A stretch of 51,975 nt of DNA from NCBI GenBank assembly GCA_017537945.1, contig JAFYJT010000023.1, forward strand, positions 1-51,975, given 5' to 3'. Positions within the stretch are counted from its first letter, which is position 1; each line of letters opens with the position of its first letter. The notes beneath the pieces were generated by a model. That model had not been told where the DNA came from. It saw only the letters and a program-made list of their open reading frames with translations, and made no database searches. Position numbers and translations under genes: made by a program. The DNA comes from Aeriscardovia sp. Its GTDB lineage: Bacteria > Actinomycetota > Actinomycetes > Actinomycetales > Bifidobacteriaceae. This document shows, in pieces, positions 18,775 to 29,720 of the stretch.

Positions 18775-20467
18775 ACTTGGGGAAGGCTATCACCTCCCGA
18801 ATGGTCTGGCGCCCGGTCAGAAGTTCTACGCACCTGTCCCAGCCGAAGGCTATGCCCGCGCAGGGGGGGGTGCCGTATTTTAGGGCCTCCAAAAGGAATC
18901 CAAACTTTTCCTGCGCCTCTTTCTCCCCTATCCCTAGGACTTTGAACACCCTCTGCTGCACGTTCTGATCGTGAATCCTGACGGATCCGCCCCCGATTTC
19001 ATTTCCATTGCACACCATGTCGTAGGCATCGGAAAGGACGGCTCCCGGATCCTTGTCAAAATTATCCAAAAACTCTTCTTTGGGCATGGTGAAAGGATGG
19101 TGCTCGCTGGTCCATGCGCCCTGTCCCACGGACACGTCCCCCTCGCTCCTGGCCTCGCTGGATTTTTTAAAGAGGGGGAAGTCCACCACCCAGAGGAACT
19201 TGTACTCTTTAGGGTCGTACATATCGCACTTCCTGGCTATTTCCAGCCTTGCTGCGCCAAGAAGCTTTTGGCTGGCCCTTTTTTCTCCCGCGGCAAAGAA
19301 CAGGGCGTCCCCCTCTTTAGCCCCGGAAGCGGCCATAATGCCGGCCCGCTCTTCTTCCGAAATGTTTTTCGCTACGGGCCCCAGGAGCTCTCCTCCCCTG
19401 AAGACTATGTAGGCCAGGCCCTTGGCTCCCTTCTGCTTGGCCCAGTCCTGCCAGGCGTCAAACTGGCGCCGTGGGAGGCTGGCCCCTCCGGGGTACAATA
19501 CCGCCCCTACGTACGGAGCTTGAAACACCCGGAAAGGAGTGGAGCTGAAGAAGGCCGTCAAATCTATAAGCTTGTTTCCAAAACGGATGTCGGGCTTATC
19601 GGACCCGTATTCGTCCATGGCCCGCTCCCAGGGAAGCCGCTCCAACTTCCCTATCTCTACCCCTCCTACGGCCCACACCTTCCTCATTACCGCTTCGGCC
19701 ATGGCCATTACGTCTTCTTTTCCGGCGTACCCCATCTCGATGTCCAGCTGGGTAAATTCAGGCTGGCGGTCGGCCCTGAAGTCTTCGTCCCTGTAGCACC
19801 TGGCGAACTGATAGTACCTCTCGATCCCCCCTATCATAAGGAGCTGCTTCAAAAGCTGGGGGGACTGGGGGAGGGCGTACCAATTTCCGGGCGAGAGGCG
19901 GGCGGGGACCAAGAAGTCCCTCGCCCCCTCAGGAGTCGATTTAATGAGCGTGGGGGTCTCCACTTCCATAAAGCCCATGGAATCTAGCGCTTCCCTCGCT
20001 GCCTTGGCCATGTCGGAACGGGTCCTGAGCACTTTGAGCATAGAGGCGCGGCGCAAATCCAGGTAGCGGTAGCGCAGCCTGGTCTCTTCGGAGGGGAGGT
20101 TCAATTCCCCGCTGTTCTCCAGGGAGGTGGAAATCTGGAACGGAAGCGTGGATGCTTCGGAAATCACCCGGATTTTTGAAGCTTCCACCTCCACTTCCCC
20201 GTTGGCAAGCTTCGAGTTTTCTTCCCCCTCGGGCCGTTTTCTGACTTTCCCTTCCACTTGGATCACGTCTTCGACTTTGATCCCCCGGGCCTGTTCTTCA
20301 TCGTTGATTACGACTTGGACCAGTCCGGAGGCGTCCCTCAAATCTATGAAGGTAACCCCCCCGTGGTCGCGGACCCTGTCTACCCAGCCTACGAGCTGCA
20401 CAGAGGATCCGAGCATGCCTTTGTTTATTTCGCCCACCGAATGCGAGCGGTAATGGGTGCTAGTCAC
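18686..20467 (-). CDS. aspS: aspartate--tRNA ligase
   Basis: OB-fold N-domain plus class II motifs ([18 protein letters not shown]; [14 protein letters not shown]). Start set to GTG 20467, 4 nt after AGGAGG and 17 nt after the hisS stop. The ORF is open to 20749. Confidence 0.95.
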   Translation of the reverse strand: MTSTHYRSHSVGEINKGMLGSSVQLVGWVDRVRDHGGVTFIDLRDASGLVQVVINDEEQARGIKVEDVIQVEGKVRKRPEGEENSKLANGEVEVEASKIRVISEASTLPFQISTSLENSGELNLPSEETRLRYRYLDLRRASMLKVLRTRSDMAKAAREALDSMGFMEVETPTLIKSTPEGARDFLVPARLSPGNWYALPQSPQLLKQLLMIGGIERYYQFARCYRDEDFRADRQPEFTQLDIEMGYAGKEDVMAMAEAVMRKVWAVGGVEIGKLERLPWERAMDEYGSDKPDIRFGNKLIDLTAFFSSTPFRVFQAPYVGAVLYPGGASLPRRQFDAWQDWAKQKGAKGLAYIVFRGGELLGPVAKNISEEERAGIMAASGAKEGDALFFAAGEKRASQKLLGAARLEIARKCDMYDPKEYKFLWVVDFPLFKKSSEARSEGDVSVGQGAWTSEHHPFTMPKEEFLDNFDKDPGAVLSDAYDMVCNGNEIGGGSVRIHDQNVQQRVFKVLGIGEKEAQEKFGFLLEALKYGTPPCAGIAFGWDRCVELLTGRQTIREVIAFPKFGAGKDLLTSAPSSITALQRKEAGVDYEQ

Positions 20468-20484
20468 TGCTCCTCCTGTCTTTT

Positions 20485-21819
20485 TTACTCCCTCACAATG
20501 ATATCCGCCGCATACTTTGGATCGGGCTGCCAGGAGAATGGGTCGGCCTTTACCTGCTCGCCGGTGCGGATGTCTTTGACTTCGGATCCCTGGGCGGCGG
20601 GGAACCAAACATAAGGGATGAGGAGCTTGTCGGCCCTCTTTATCTGGGATCCCATCTTGGCCGAAGTTGGGGAAACTTCGCAAGCTATCTTCCGGCTTCT
20701 TAATATCCTCGCCACTTCGTCGCTCCTCCACCTCTCCTCTTCGTTCCACACGGCCACAAGGACAGAGGCCGGAGAAAGCCTGTCGGCCTTGGCTTTGGAA
20801 AAGAGGTGGGAAAGAAGGCGCGAAACCCCTATGCTCATTCCGACCCCGGGGTATGACTGCTTTTGGGTCCTTATGAGGTTTTCATACCTTCCCCCCGAGC
20901 AAACCGAACCCAGGCCCGGATCCTCTTTCAAAAAGGTTTCATACACGCACCCCGTATAGTAATCGAGGCCCCGGGCTATAGAGCAGTCTATGCAGGCGCC
21001 TTCAAATCCGGCGTGAAGGAGGGCGGAAAGGACCGATTCCGCATCTTTTGCCCCTTCCTCCATGAGCTCCCGTTCTTCCGGCCTGCCCTTTACGTTCCAC
21101 CGATCGCAAACTTCCCGAACCCTTTCTTCAAAACGGGCGCCGTCCTTCTCTCTTATTTTGGCCAGATCAAGGCATGCCAGGCTTTCCTCTTTTCCCGTCA
21201 CTTCCTCTAAAATCCCGCGGGTCCTTTCCGGACCCAGCTTGTCCAATTTGTCTATGCGCCGCAGCGTTTCTTCTACGTCTTTTATTCCCAGGGCCCTATA
21301 AAACCCCTCTGAGAGCTTGCGGTTGTTTATGTGCATCGAAAAAGATCCCACGCCCAAGGGCGCGAGGGATTTTAGGGTGTCGCACATCGCCAATGGAACT
21401 TCGTATTCAAAATGCCGGGGGAGCTCTCCCTGGGAGACGATGTCGATATCTGCCTGGTAGAACTCCCTGTACCTTCCGTTTTGGGGCCTTTCCCCCCTCC
21501 ACACCTTCTGTATTTGGTAGCGCCTGAAGGGAAAAAGCAGATCGCCCCGCCTTTCGAGCACGTATCTTGACAAGGGAAGGGTCAAATCAAAGTGAAGCCC
21601 CAGGTTCTCTTCCCCCTTCCCTTCCTTAGAAAGCCTGTAGATTTCCTTGCCGTCGCCTTTTTTTATAAGGCTTTCGTAAGCCTCTACGCTGCAGGTTTCT
21701 ATGTTTATAAAGCCGTGGAGGCGGAAGCTTTCCTCTATTTTCTCTAAAACCTTTTTTTCTATGATTCTCTGTTCAGGGGACCACTCGGGAAAACCCGATA
21801 TGGAGTAGGAAGTTGGCAT
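20485..21819 (-). CDS. hisS: histidine--tRNA ligase
   Basis: Class IIa HisRS motifs ([29 protein letters not shown]; GGRYENL) and a C-terminal anticodon-binding domain. Confidence 0.95.
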   Translation of the reverse strand: MPTSYSISGFPEWSPEQRIIEKKVLEKIEESFRLHGFINIETCSVEAYESLIKKGDGKEIYRLSKEGKGEENLGLHFDLTLPLSRYVLERRGDLLFPFRRYQIQKVWRGERPQNGRYREFYQADIDIVSQGELPRHFEYEVPLAMCDTLKSLAPLGVGSFSMHINNRKLSEGFYRALGIKDVEETLRRIDKLDKLGPERTRGILEEVTGKEESLACLDLAKIREKDGARFEERVREVCDRWNVKGRPEERELMEEGAKDAESVLSALLHAGFEGACIDCSIARGLDYYTGCVYETFLKEDPGLGSVCSGGRYENLIRTQKQSYPGVGMSIGVSRLLSHLFSKAKADRLSPASVLVAVWNEEERWRSDEVARILRSRKIACEVSPTSAKMGSQIKRADKLLIPYVWFPAAQGSEVKDIRTGEQVKADPFSWQPDPKYAADIIVRE

Positions 21820-21959
21820 ATTTATATATTAAGCAGCAGTTCGTATAAGGGACGGGGGTTTTGGGAAAAGTAAAATCCGCTATTGTGGGGCGAAGGCGGC
21901 ATTTCCCCCTCCTCTCTATAATGAGAGGTATATCGTCTTCCCAATCAAAAGGAGCAAAT

Positions 21960-23297
21960 ATGAACGCGCCTGACAAATCCGATGAAACGCAAGTTTCTTC
22001 CACGCCGAGTCCGGCTCAGGTGGCAAAGCAGGCTGCCTCTTCAGCCCTCCATTTCTCGCCCGAAGCTCTGAAGGAGGCTGAAAAATGGGGGCGTGTGGAA
22101 GGAGAAACGGTCTATGTGGACGACGGAGGCCAAAGCAGGGAGGTAGGTCCGGCCGGCTCCTCGGATGCCCTGGCTTTTTACGCTTCAAGGTATCTCAGGC
22201 TGATGGACAAAATCAAGGCCTTCTCTTCCTCTTTGGACGAAGGAGAGCTAAAGAACCGCGATATTTTCTCCAAGCTCAAAGACCTTTCGGCCGCTGTGAA
22301 AGATCCAAAGGCGGTAGGGAATATGCAGGCCTTGCGCGACGCATTCGAGGCCGCAAAATCCAAGGCCGATTCCGTGATTGAAGAGAACAGGCAGAAGTAC
22401 TCGGAAGCCATTGCAAAGAGCGTGGCTGCCCACCAGAAGATAGTAGAGCAAGCCGAAGCGCTCTCTTCTTCCATAGGCCCTTCTACAAATTGGAAGCAGA
22501 TGGGCCAGGAATTTCAAAATCTTTTCGAAGAATGGAAAACGGCCCAATCGGCCGACGCAAAAGGGGCCAATAAAGAAATTGAGGCCCTCTGGGCCAGATT
22601 TGCGGCGGCCAGATCGGAATTTAACCGCAGGCGCAAAGAGTGGGTTAAGGCCAAGATCGCCAAAAAGAATGAGGCCAAAGCCGCCAAAGAGAAGATAGTA
22701 GAGCAGGCCGAAGCGCTCTCTTCTTCTACTGACTGGGCCTCCACATCCAAAGCCTATGGGAAGCTTATGGATGAATGGAAGAAGGCGGGCAGGGCGTCCA
22801 GGGAAGACGACGACGCCCTGTGGGAAAGATTTAAGGCCGCTTCCGATCGCTTCTATAACTCTAGAGACAGACAAGGGGAAGAAATGGAAGAAGATGAGAA
22901 AAAGAACCTGGAAGCCAAAAGGGCGCTCCTGGAGCAGGCAGAGAAACTGGTTCCTATCAAGTCTACCGACAACATCAAAGAAATAAAGCACAAACTTGAA
23001 ACTATTGAGAAGGAGTGGGACTCAATAGGGAAAGTTCCCAGGGCGGAAGTGCGCAGATGCGAGGAAAGGCTCAGGAGGGTCGAAGATCAAGTTGAAGCCA
23101 GCGAGAGGATGGAGTGGAAGAGGACCGATCCCCGTCCTGCCGCAAGAAAGCAGCTCCTTATCGACCAGCTCAACTCCAAAATAAAGATGCTTGATGAGGA
23201 TATCGACAAGGCCCAAGGGGATGAGAAGAAGAAGCTGGAGGATGAGAAGAAGGAGAAAGAGGTGTGGCTCAAAACCCTTCAGGGCATGAAAGACTAG
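21960..23297 (+). CDS. DUF349 domain-containing protein
   Basis: N-terminal WGRVEGETVYVDDGG motif followed by repeated DUF349-type helical repeats (W..FK.A...F). Start set to ATG 21960 behind AAAGGAG. The ORF is open to 21861. Confidence 0.8.
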   Translation: MNAPDKSDETQVSSTPSPAQVAKQAASSALHFSPEALKEAEKWGRVEGETVYVDDGGQSREVGPAGSSDALAFYASRYLRLMDKIKAFSSSLDEGELKNRDIFSKLKDLSAAVKDPKAVGNMQALRDAFEAAKSKADSVIEENRQKYSEAIAKSVAAHQKIVEQAEALSSSIGPSTNWKQMGQEFQNLFEEWKTAQSADAKGANKEIEALWARFAAARSEFNRRRKEWVKAKIAKKNEAKAAKEKIVEQAEALSSSTDWASTSKAYGKLMDEWKKAGRASREDDDALWERFKAASDRFYNSRDRQGEEMEEDEKKNLEAKRALLEQAEKLVPIKSTDNIKEIKHKLETIEKEWDSIGKVPRAEVRRCEERLRRVEDQVEASERMEWKRTDPRPAARKQLLIDQLNSKIKMLDEDIDKAQGDEKKKLEDEKKEKEVWLKTLQGMKD

Positions 23298-25465
23298 CGC
23301 CCCGCCACCCTTTTTACTTCTATCACCCCCTCGACTTGCTTGAGGGATTTCATTACTAGATCCAATTGCGACGCGTCCCAAAAGTTGAAAGAAAAATAGG
23401 CCGACACTAGATTTGCCGCCACGCTCTGTCGGGAAGAAGACAGATCTATGCAGGCATTTGAAATAGCCAGGGAAATGTCTGCCAAAAGCGCATGGCGGTC
23501 TAGGGCCAACACTTCGAGTTCCGCTTTGAATTTGCCTTTCTGCCCTTTCCACTGCGCGTCAGCGATCTTATGGGGGGTTTCTTCGCTGAGCCTTATAAAT
23601 TCCGGGCATTTTACCGAGTGGACCCTTACCCCCCGAAAATTGGTGACGACTCCGGCTATGGGGTCCCCTGGCACGGGATTGCAGCATCTGGCCAGCTCTA
23701 TTGCCGTTCCCTTTTCCACCCCTTTTACCCTGACAGAATATTTTTCAGACTCGCTTACTTCATTGCCGGCCCTTTTTCTGGGGCCTGGGCGCAATAGCGC
23801 AGAAGGGTTTACTTTTCCGCTTCCTACCGCGCAGTAGAGTTGCTGAAGGTTGGAAAAACCCAGATTGCGCGAAGCCTGGGCAAGAAACTGGGGAGAGAAA
23901 GGGATCTTGCGGTCTAAAAGATAGGAGAAGAGGGCGCTTTTCCCCGCCTCCATAATTTCAACGTTCTTTTCTTTTGCCAGGAACCTTTTTATTTTATTTT
24001 TGGCTTTGGGGGTAACCACAAAATCCAGCCACTCGGCCGACGGGCCTGGAGAATCCTGTTGGGAAGTTACAATCTCCACGGAGTCTCCAGGCTTTAGCCT
24101 GCAGGAAAGGCTGGAGGGGGCCCCGTTGATCCTGGCTCCGACCGCCCGGTTTCCGATTTCCGTGTGCACGGCATAAGCAAAATCCAATGGGCAGGCCCCT
24201 TCCGGAAGGAAGATAGACTTCCCCTTGGGGGTAAAGGTCAAAATTTCTTCCGATATTAAGTCGCTTTTGAGGGTAGGGAGGATTTCGGACGGATCCTGAA
24301 GGTCTTTAATCCAATTGGCCATCCTGCCCAACCACTCGGGGGAACGGCAATCCTCCAATTCCTTATACTTCCAGTGCGCGGCTACCCCGTACTCGTCTTC
24401 CTTGTGCATTTCTTCAGTGCGTATTTGGATTTCTATTTCCTGGCCGTCTTCCCCCAGGATGGTAGTATGGAGGGCCTGGTAAAGGTTGGACTTGGGCATG
24501 GCTATGTAATCTTTGAAACGCCCAGGGACCGGGAGCCACTTTTCATGAATAATTCCCAAAACCCGGTAGCAGTCCTGGGTAGAGCCCACAATGACCCTTA
24601 TCCCTACGAAATCGTAGATCCTGTCGAAACTCTTTTTTAGCAGCACAATCTTTCTGTAGATGCTAAAGTAGCTTTTCAGCCTTCCGGTGACAGTTGCCTT
24701 TATTCCGTACGCCTTTAAGGCGTATTTGACCTCCTGCATCATGTTTTTGAGGTACTTGTCCCTAGCTCCGGCCCTGGCCCCCACCATCTCCACGACTTTT
24801 TCATATATCCTGGGATCCAAATACTTGAAGGAAAGCTCTTCAAGTTCCGTCTTTACCATCCCCATGCCCAATTTTTCAGCCATTGGAACGTAAATGTCGA
24901 GGGTTTCTCCGGCTTTCTTTGCGGCCTTTTTAGGGGGCATGAACCTCCAGGTCCTGGCGTTATAGAGGCGGTCGGCCAACTTGACTACCCCAACCCTTAC
25001 ATCCTGTTCCATGGCCAAGATCAGCTTCCTTATGGTTTCGGCATTCGAAAGCTCCTTGGTAATTAGGGAAAGCTTTGTCACCCCCTCCACTAGCGAGGCC
25101 GTCTCCCCAAAATCCCTCCTGCACTCCTCCAGAGAGTAAGTCGTGTCCTCTACGGTGTCATGAAGCAGCCCTGCCATTACCGCCTGCCGATCCGACCCTA
25201 AATCAGCCAGAATTTGCGCCACTCCTAACGGGTGGGAAATATAGGGCTCCCCGGAAGCTCGAAATTGCCCCTCATGCTTTTCTTTAGCTACCCTCCACGC
25301 CTCCTCTATGGGCTTTACTTCTTCTTTGGGATGGTGGAAAGAAAAGGATCTGACAACCGGCAAAAGCAGATTAAAAGGATCGGGGGAGACCTCCCCTCCC
25401 AAGACTTTGGAAGCGGAAAATGATTTTATGGGAAGCTTTTTCAAATCAGACCCCCGTGGAACCAA
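23294..25465 (-). CDS. rel: bifunctional (p)ppGpp synthetase/hydrolase (RelA/SpoT homologue)
   Basis: HD hydrolase motif HPLGVAQIL...LLHDTVEDT, synthetase domain (DFVGIRVIV..YQALHTT), then TGS and ACT-like C-terminal parts. The TTG start is uncertain. Confidence 0.9.
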   Translation of the reverse strand: MVPRGSDLKKLPIKSFSASKVLGGEVSPDPFNLLLPVVRSFSFHHPKEEVKPIEEAWRVAKEKHEGQFRASGEPYISHPLGVAQILADLGSDRQAVMAGLLHDTVEDTTYSLEECRRDFGETASLVEGVTKLSLITKELSNAETIRKLILAMEQDVRVGVVKLADRLYNARTWRFMPPKKAAKKAGETLDIYVPMAEKLGMGMVKTELEELSFKYLDPRIYEKVVEMVGARAGARDKYLKNMMQEVKYALKAYGIKATVTGRLKSYFSIYRKIVLLKKSFDRIYDFVGIRVIVGSTQDCYRVLGIIHEKWLPVPGRFKDYIAMPKSNLYQALHTTILGEDGQEIEIQIRTEEMHKEDEYGVAAHWKYKELEDCRSPEWLGRMANWIKDLQDPSEILPTLKSDLISEEILTFTPKGKSIFLPEGACPLDFAYAVHTEIGNRAVGARINGAPSSLSCRLKPGDSVEIVTSQQDSPGPSAEWLDFVVTPKAKNKIKRFLAKEKNVEIMEAGKSALFSYLLDRKIPFSPQFLAQASRNLGFSNLQQLYCAVGSGKVNPSALLRPGPRKRAGNEVSESEKYSVRVKGVEKGTAIELARCCNPVPGDPIAGVVTNFRGVRVHSVKCPEFIRLSEETPHKIADAQWKGQKGKFKAELEVLALDRHALLADISLAISNACIDLSSSRQSVAANLVSAYFSFNFWDASQLDLVMKSLKQVEGVIEVKRVAGR

Positions 25466-25877
25466 ACCCTTCTTCGCCCCTATCTGAAGCAGGAAGGGCC
25501 TGGGAGGGGACGAACTCTATTTTTTCAACCCTCACAGCCATAAACTGCGCAATCCTTTCCCCCTTGGAAAATTCCTGCCTTTCTTTGGAAAAATTTATAA
25601 GCGCCGCTTTGATTTCCCCCCTGTAGCCACTGTCTATAAGGCCGGGGGCGTTTATAAGCGTCACCCCCCTCTTCAGAGAAAGGCCGGATCGGGGAAGGAT
25701 CAGGCCTGCCCAGCCTTCGGGCAGGGCGATTTTAATTCCGCAGCCTACGGCCTTTCTTTCCATAAATCCCAGGGAAAATCCCTCGCTGCATCTAAGATCC
25801 AAAGCGGCATCCGTTACATGGGCGTAGGAGGGGAGGAGGGATTCGAGCCCCTCCTCGGCGACAACTTTAATTTTCAT
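25446..25877 (-). CDS. dut: dUTP diphosphatase
   Basis: dUTPase motifs (LPRSGL, GLIDSGYRGE, RGEEGFGSTG). Start set to ATG 25877. The ORF is open to 25922. Confidence 0.9.
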   Translation of the reverse strand: MKIKVVAEEGLESLLPSYAHVTDAALDLRCSEGFSLGFMERKAVGCGIKIALPEGWAGLILPRSGLSLKRGVTLINAPGLIDSGYRGEIKAALINFSKERQEFSKGERIAQFMAVRVEKIEFVPSQALPASDRGEEGFGSTGV

Positions 25878-26169
25878 ATGCGCATTCTCGGCAGACCAGC
25901 TTTTTCCCCTCCGTTTTGGCAAGCTGGCTTTTGTGTTTTACCAAATAACACAGAGAGCATACAAATTCATCCTCCTGTACGGGCATGGCGGCTGTAAGGG
26001 CTTCTTTTTCTTCCTCCCTCTCCTCGCCGCTTTCGCTTGGCAAATCCTCTTCTTTTGCCAGCATTTGCTCGTCTTCATCCATTTTATCTTCATCGAAGTC
26101 GGGAATGGGGGCCGGGGATATAAATTCGTCTGCCTGTTCGGGGTAAAGATCCAAATCGTCCTGCGACAA
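25867..26169 (-). CDS. DUF4193 family protein
   Basis: Acidic N-terminal half and the C-terminal zinc-ribbon-like pattern DEFVCSLCYLVKHKSQL...LVCRECA. Start set to TTG 26169, 5 nt after AAGGAGG. Confidence 0.8.
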   Translation of the reverse strand: MSQDDLDLYPEQADEFISPAPIPDFDEDKMDEDEQMLAKEEDLPSESGEEREEEKEALTAAMPVQEDEFVCSLCYLVKHKSQLAKTEGKKLVCRECAYEN

Positions 26170-26297
26170 AATATCCTCCTTTAAAAGAATGTGTCCAAAT
26201 GTCTTAATTATAAGTTGACCTCTTAAACACTGTACTTCCCAGTGGAAGTAAGGCAATAGAATAAGAGAAGGCCAAAAAGCAAGAGGGGAAAGGGAAA

Positions 26298-27155
26298 ATG
26301 AGGAAAGCAGCCTTTGAGCGCGTAGACGAGGAAGGAAACATAATTCTCCTCCTCGAGGGAGAAAGGATCCTCCTGGAACCTTCCGAGCGCTTGGAAGAGG
26401 CCCTGTCCGTCTGGCGCAAGCTCAACACCCAGGCGGCTTCCCAAAAGCGCCTTGCCCCGTTGCCGATTTCTAAAATACAAAGCATGGTGCGGGCTGGGAA
26501 AAACACAAATCAAATAGCTGAAGAATTGCACGTAAGCCAAGATCTTATAGCCAGGGTGGCTTCTCCCGTGGAAGATGAGAAAAGGACCGCCGTCCATCAA
26601 TTCCTCTCCGGCTTTTATCAAAAATCTTCTCTGGAAAAAGAAAGAATTTCGGAAATTGTTTCGCACGCGCTGGCGCGTCTTGGAGTGAGGGGGGAAGAGA
26701 TCAATTGGAGCGCAAGCCGCGAAGGGAAGGGGCCGTGGAAGATAACGGCCGAATTTGAGAGGGAAGGGAAGAAATGGGAGGCGGTATGGGCATGGAACAT
26801 TCGAAACAACTCCATTTCCTCCCTGAATGATGAAGCTAAGTACCTTCTCGAAGACGACTCCAAGCCCGTTCCCTCCCCAGCCCGCAAAAAGCCCGATTTG
26901 CCGCCCCCGCCCTCGGTAAAAAAATCCGGGGCGCAGAAGGGGAAAACCGTCAAGGATCCCCCCCGCGCCCCCGAGGAAGAAGAGGAGGAAGGGGCCCAGG
27001 AGGTGGAGACGGAGCTTGTCGATCCTTCTGAGAACCAGGCCCCCCGGATCGCCTACCAACCCAAGGGCAAGATGCAAAGAAAAGGCGTCCCCTCCTGGGA
27101 CGACATCTTGTTTGGAGGCGGGGTTACTTCAGCACGGCAATCAGAGGAATCCTAG
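26298..27155 (+). CDS. sepH: septation protein SepH (DUF3071)
   Basis: N-terminal DUF3071 pattern with the HTH-like ISKIQSMVRAGKNTNQIAEELHVSQDLIARV, and the conserved C-terminal PSWDDILFG. The dut-DUF4193-sepH synteny is typical of Actinomycetota. Confidence 0.75.
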   Translation: MRKAAFERVDEEGNIILLLEGERILLEPSERLEEALSVWRKLNTQAASQKRLAPLPISKIQSMVRAGKNTNQIAEELHVSQDLIARVASPVEDEKRTAVHQFLSGFYQKSSLEKERISEIVSHALARLGVRGEEINWSASREGKGPWKITAEFEREGKKWEAVWAWNIRNNSISSLNDEAKYLLEDDSKPVPSPARKKPDLPPPPSVKKSGAQKGKTVKDPPRAPEEEEEEGAQEVETELVDPSENQAPRIAYQPKGKMQRKGVPSWDDILFGGGVTSARQSEES

Positions 27156-28281
27156 CTTCAGCCTGCGTCCAGGAACCGTGCACTCCCGGCATTTTAACCC
27201 CTTTGCCGCCCATGCCGTCCAAGAGCGCTTCTCCCTTGAAGGAGACTAATACGTCCCCCAGATACGCCCCGCTCTCCGGGGAAAGGGGGCCGAAAATTCC
27301 CTTTTCCACCGCATGGCGCTTATCGAAAGCAACGGCCCAGCCGTCAAAATAGTCTTCCCATTCTTTGGCTTTCAAACAGGCGTCTTGCCCCTCCTCAAGA
27401 TAAAGCATCACATCCCTTTGTTCTCCGGCCACCAGCCTCACTCCCTCCATAAGCTTCTTGGGGAGCGCCGAAAAGTCGAAGGATTTATGCCTTTCCACCA
27501 TCCCGTGATCGGCGGACACCACTAAAAGGGTGCCTTTTTTTGCCGCCTCGAAGGCGGACCTTATTTCCAGATCCGCCTCTTCCAGGGCCTCCTTCCATTC
27601 CCTGCTCTGGCAGCCGAATTTGTGGCCCGCCTTATCGACGGAAGAAATGTAAAAATAAGTGAGATCGAAATTGGAAGTCAAAGAGCCCGCCGTCTTTGCG
27701 GCCTCCATTGGGTCTGCCTCTACAAAATACCTGCTTCCATCGAGGGCGGCCAAGGTCAAAGGGGAGGCGTCGAACCTCTTTTCCCCCACGGTCGCAACCT
27801 TTTTCCCCCGGCCGCTTAAAAGGGAAAAGACGGTAGGCTCCCGCGGCACTTCTTTCGGATCGGGGGCCCCCCGGTAACTTATCATCTGGGAAATGCGGCC
27901 GGTGAAGGGGTTGATCTGGGTATAGCCGAAAATGGAAGTAAGGCCCGGGCAGGTCCCGGTCCCCATTGAGCAGATGGCGGCGGCGGTGGTGGTAGGAAAA
28001 CAACTAAAAAACGGGGAAGGGCGAAAAAAACTCCTAAGAGACCTTAAAAAGGGGGCGTAGCTTAGGTTATCGAGGAGGTTGAAGTATCCTAGGCCGTCTA
28101 CAAAAATAAATAGGCAGGAAGAGCACTGGGGAAGATGCAGCTTCTCCCTGCACTCTTCCGGATTCCTATAGAGGGCCGTCGGGCAGGGCGCCCCCAGGCT
28201 TGCCGATATGGCAGGCAAAACGGCCGGAAGATGCCGGTAGATATCAGAGAAGGGACGCTCCCGGCACCATTCTTCTTTCAT
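27124..28281 (-). CDS. alkaline phosphatase / nucleotide pyrophosphatase-phosphodiesterase family protein
   Basis: Metal-site-like segments FVDGLGY, TTTAAAICSMGTG and VVSADHGM. Start is either ATG 28281 or GTG 28302. Confidence 0.7.
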   Translation of the reverse strand: MKEEWCRERPFSDIYRHLPAVLPAISASLGAPCPTALYRNPEECREKLHLPQCSSCLFIFVDGLGYFNLLDNLSYAPFLRSLRSFFRPSPFFSCFPTTTAAAICSMGTGTCPGLTSIFGYTQINPFTGRISQMISYRGAPDPKEVPREPTVFSLLSGRGKKVATVGEKRFDASPLTLAALDGSRYFVEADPMEAAKTAGSLTSNFDLTYFYISSVDKAGHKFGCQSREWKEALEEADLEIRSAFEAAKKGTLLVVSADHGMVERHKSFDFSALPKKLMEGVRLVAGEQRDVMLYLEEGQDACLKAKEWEDYFDGWAVAFDKRHAVEKGIFGPLSPESGAYLGDVLVSFKGEALLDGMGGKGVKMPGVHGSWTQAEARIPLIAVLK

Positions 28282-28349
28282 CTTCTCCCCTTCCTGCAAC
28301 ACCTATCCATGATATAAAACCGGACCCCGTGAAGTGCCAGGGAAGTATT

Positions 28350-29720
28350 TCATGCCTTCTTTTCGTCGAGTTTCTCCTCAATTTCTTCCAGGCTCTTCCC
28401 GCGGGTTTCCGGAACCATGTACCTTACGAAAACGATGGAGAGGACTGCAAAGGCGCAAAATATTGCAAAAGGGCCCGCGATATTGTTGTGGAACGCGACT
28501 AAAAGGATGGTGAAGAACTGGGAAACTATGAAGTCCCCTATCCAGTTGGCCGCCGATCCTATAGAGGTGCCTAGCCCCCTGACTTTCAGGGGGAAAATCT
28601 CGCTTATCATAATCCAGCATATAGGGCCCCAAGAAACGGCGAACCCGATAATGAAGAAGGCTATGAAGATCATAGTGGCTATGGCGCTCCCCATGCTATG
28701 AACCCCCAGGGTCAGCGTCAAAATGATGAGGATTATAAAGGATACGGCCATCTCTACGGATCCGAAAATGAGTAAGGACTTCCTATTGAACCGGTTCATA
28801 ATCCCCAAGGCAACGATGGTGGAAATCACGTTTACGGTTCCAATTCCGACGGAAATCCAGATGGAATTTGCGCTGGAGAAATGGAAGGCCGACTGGAAGA
28901 TCTTGGGGACGAAATATATAACGGCGTTTATTCCAACCAACTGCTGGAAAAACATAAGCAGGACAGCCACCAAAACGCTCTTTCCGGAAACTGAGAAAAG
29001 CTCCCTGAAAGTGCCTTTGCCTTGAGACTTGGCTAAAACAGCCTGTATTTCGGCTATCTCTTCGGAACCGTCCCTCTTCAGCCGCTTTTCCAGGATTTTC
29101 CTGGCCAAATCTACTTTTCCCACCTTTATGAGGTAGCGCGGGCTTTCGGGGAGGGCGATAGAGCCTACCATCAAAGCTGCCGCAGGAAGAAGCTCGGATC
29201 CTAGCATCCACCTCCAGTCGGCCAGGCCCCCTATGTTGTGGTTTAAAAATAGAAGGTTTGCAAAATATGCCACCAGGATGCCGATGGTTATCATTAGCTG
29301 GAACATGGAAGCCACCGACCCCCTGTGATCCTTGTCTGCGAGTTCGACAAGGTAAGTGGGGGTAAGGGAGGATGCCGCACCTATCGCAAAGCCCAAAACG
29401 ATCCTTGCGATGCTCATTTCTGCAAAATTTTGGGAAAACATGCAAAAAAATCCGCCGGCTATGAAGAGGAGGGCTGCGATAATAAAAAGCTTTTTCCTCC
29501 CGAACCTGTCGGCCAGGCCCCCTATGGCCAGCGCCCCCACCATAGATCCTATTAGGACGCTTGCGGTTATAAATCCTAGCTGGGCCGCATTCAATTTCCA
29601 GTCACCTTGAATAATTGGGCCCGCACCAGAAATAATTCCCGTATCGTACCCGAATAAGAGCCCCCCGAGGCCCCCTATGGTGTAGAGCCCCCAAGGAATG
29701 GACGTGCGTTGTTCCTGCAT
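28350..29720 (-). CDS. MFS sugar porter (sugar:H+ symporter)
   Basis: 12-TM profile with sugar-porter signatures GRKKLFII, PESPRYL and PETRGKSLEEIE. Confidence 0.9.
   Translation of the reverse strand: MQEQRTSIPWGLYTIGGLGGLLFGYDTGIISGAGPIIQGDWKLNAAQLGFITASVLIGSMVGALAIGGLADRFGRKKLFIIAALLFIAGGFFCMFSQNFAEMSIARIVLGFAIGAASSLTPTYLVELADKDHRGSVASMFQLMITIGILVAYFANLLFLNHNIGGLADWRWMLGSELLPAAALMVGSIALPESPRYLIKVGKVDLARKILEKRLKRDGSEEIAEIQAVLAKSQGKGTFRELFSVSGKSVLVAVLLMFFQQLVGINAVIYFVPKIFQSAFHFSSANSIWISVGIGTVNVISTIVALGIMNRFNRKSLLIFGSVEMAVSFIILIILTLTLGVHSMGSAIATMIFIAFFIIGFAVSWGPICWIMISEIFPLKVRGLGTSIGSAANWIGDFIVSQFFTILLVAFHNNIAGPFAIFCAFAVLSIVFVRYMVPETRGKSLEEIEEKLDEKKA

Noticed and set aside
18863-18870. A G8 homopolymer (C8 on the coding strand) as a phase-variation tract.
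   Set aside because: It encodes the conserved GTPPCAG motif-3 region of the essential aspS gene and is in frame. It is most likely just Pro-Pro codons.
18971-19987. A 338-aa plus-strand ORF antisense to aspS. Similar shadows occur at 988..1710 (lgt), 10067..10807 (clpP), 22248..22991 (DUF349), 26223..27077 (sepH) and 45037..45621 (ureD).
   Set aside because: All lie opposite strongly supported genes, translate to P/G/R/L-rich low-complexity sequence, and lack SD signals. They are a consequence of stop-poor composition.
20468-20749. A 94-codon N-terminal extension of the aspS ORF overlapping hisS.
   Set aside because: The extension is out-of-frame hisS sequence with R/P/G-rich translation. 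A GTG with AGGAGG-N4 at 20467 gives a normal-length AspRS.
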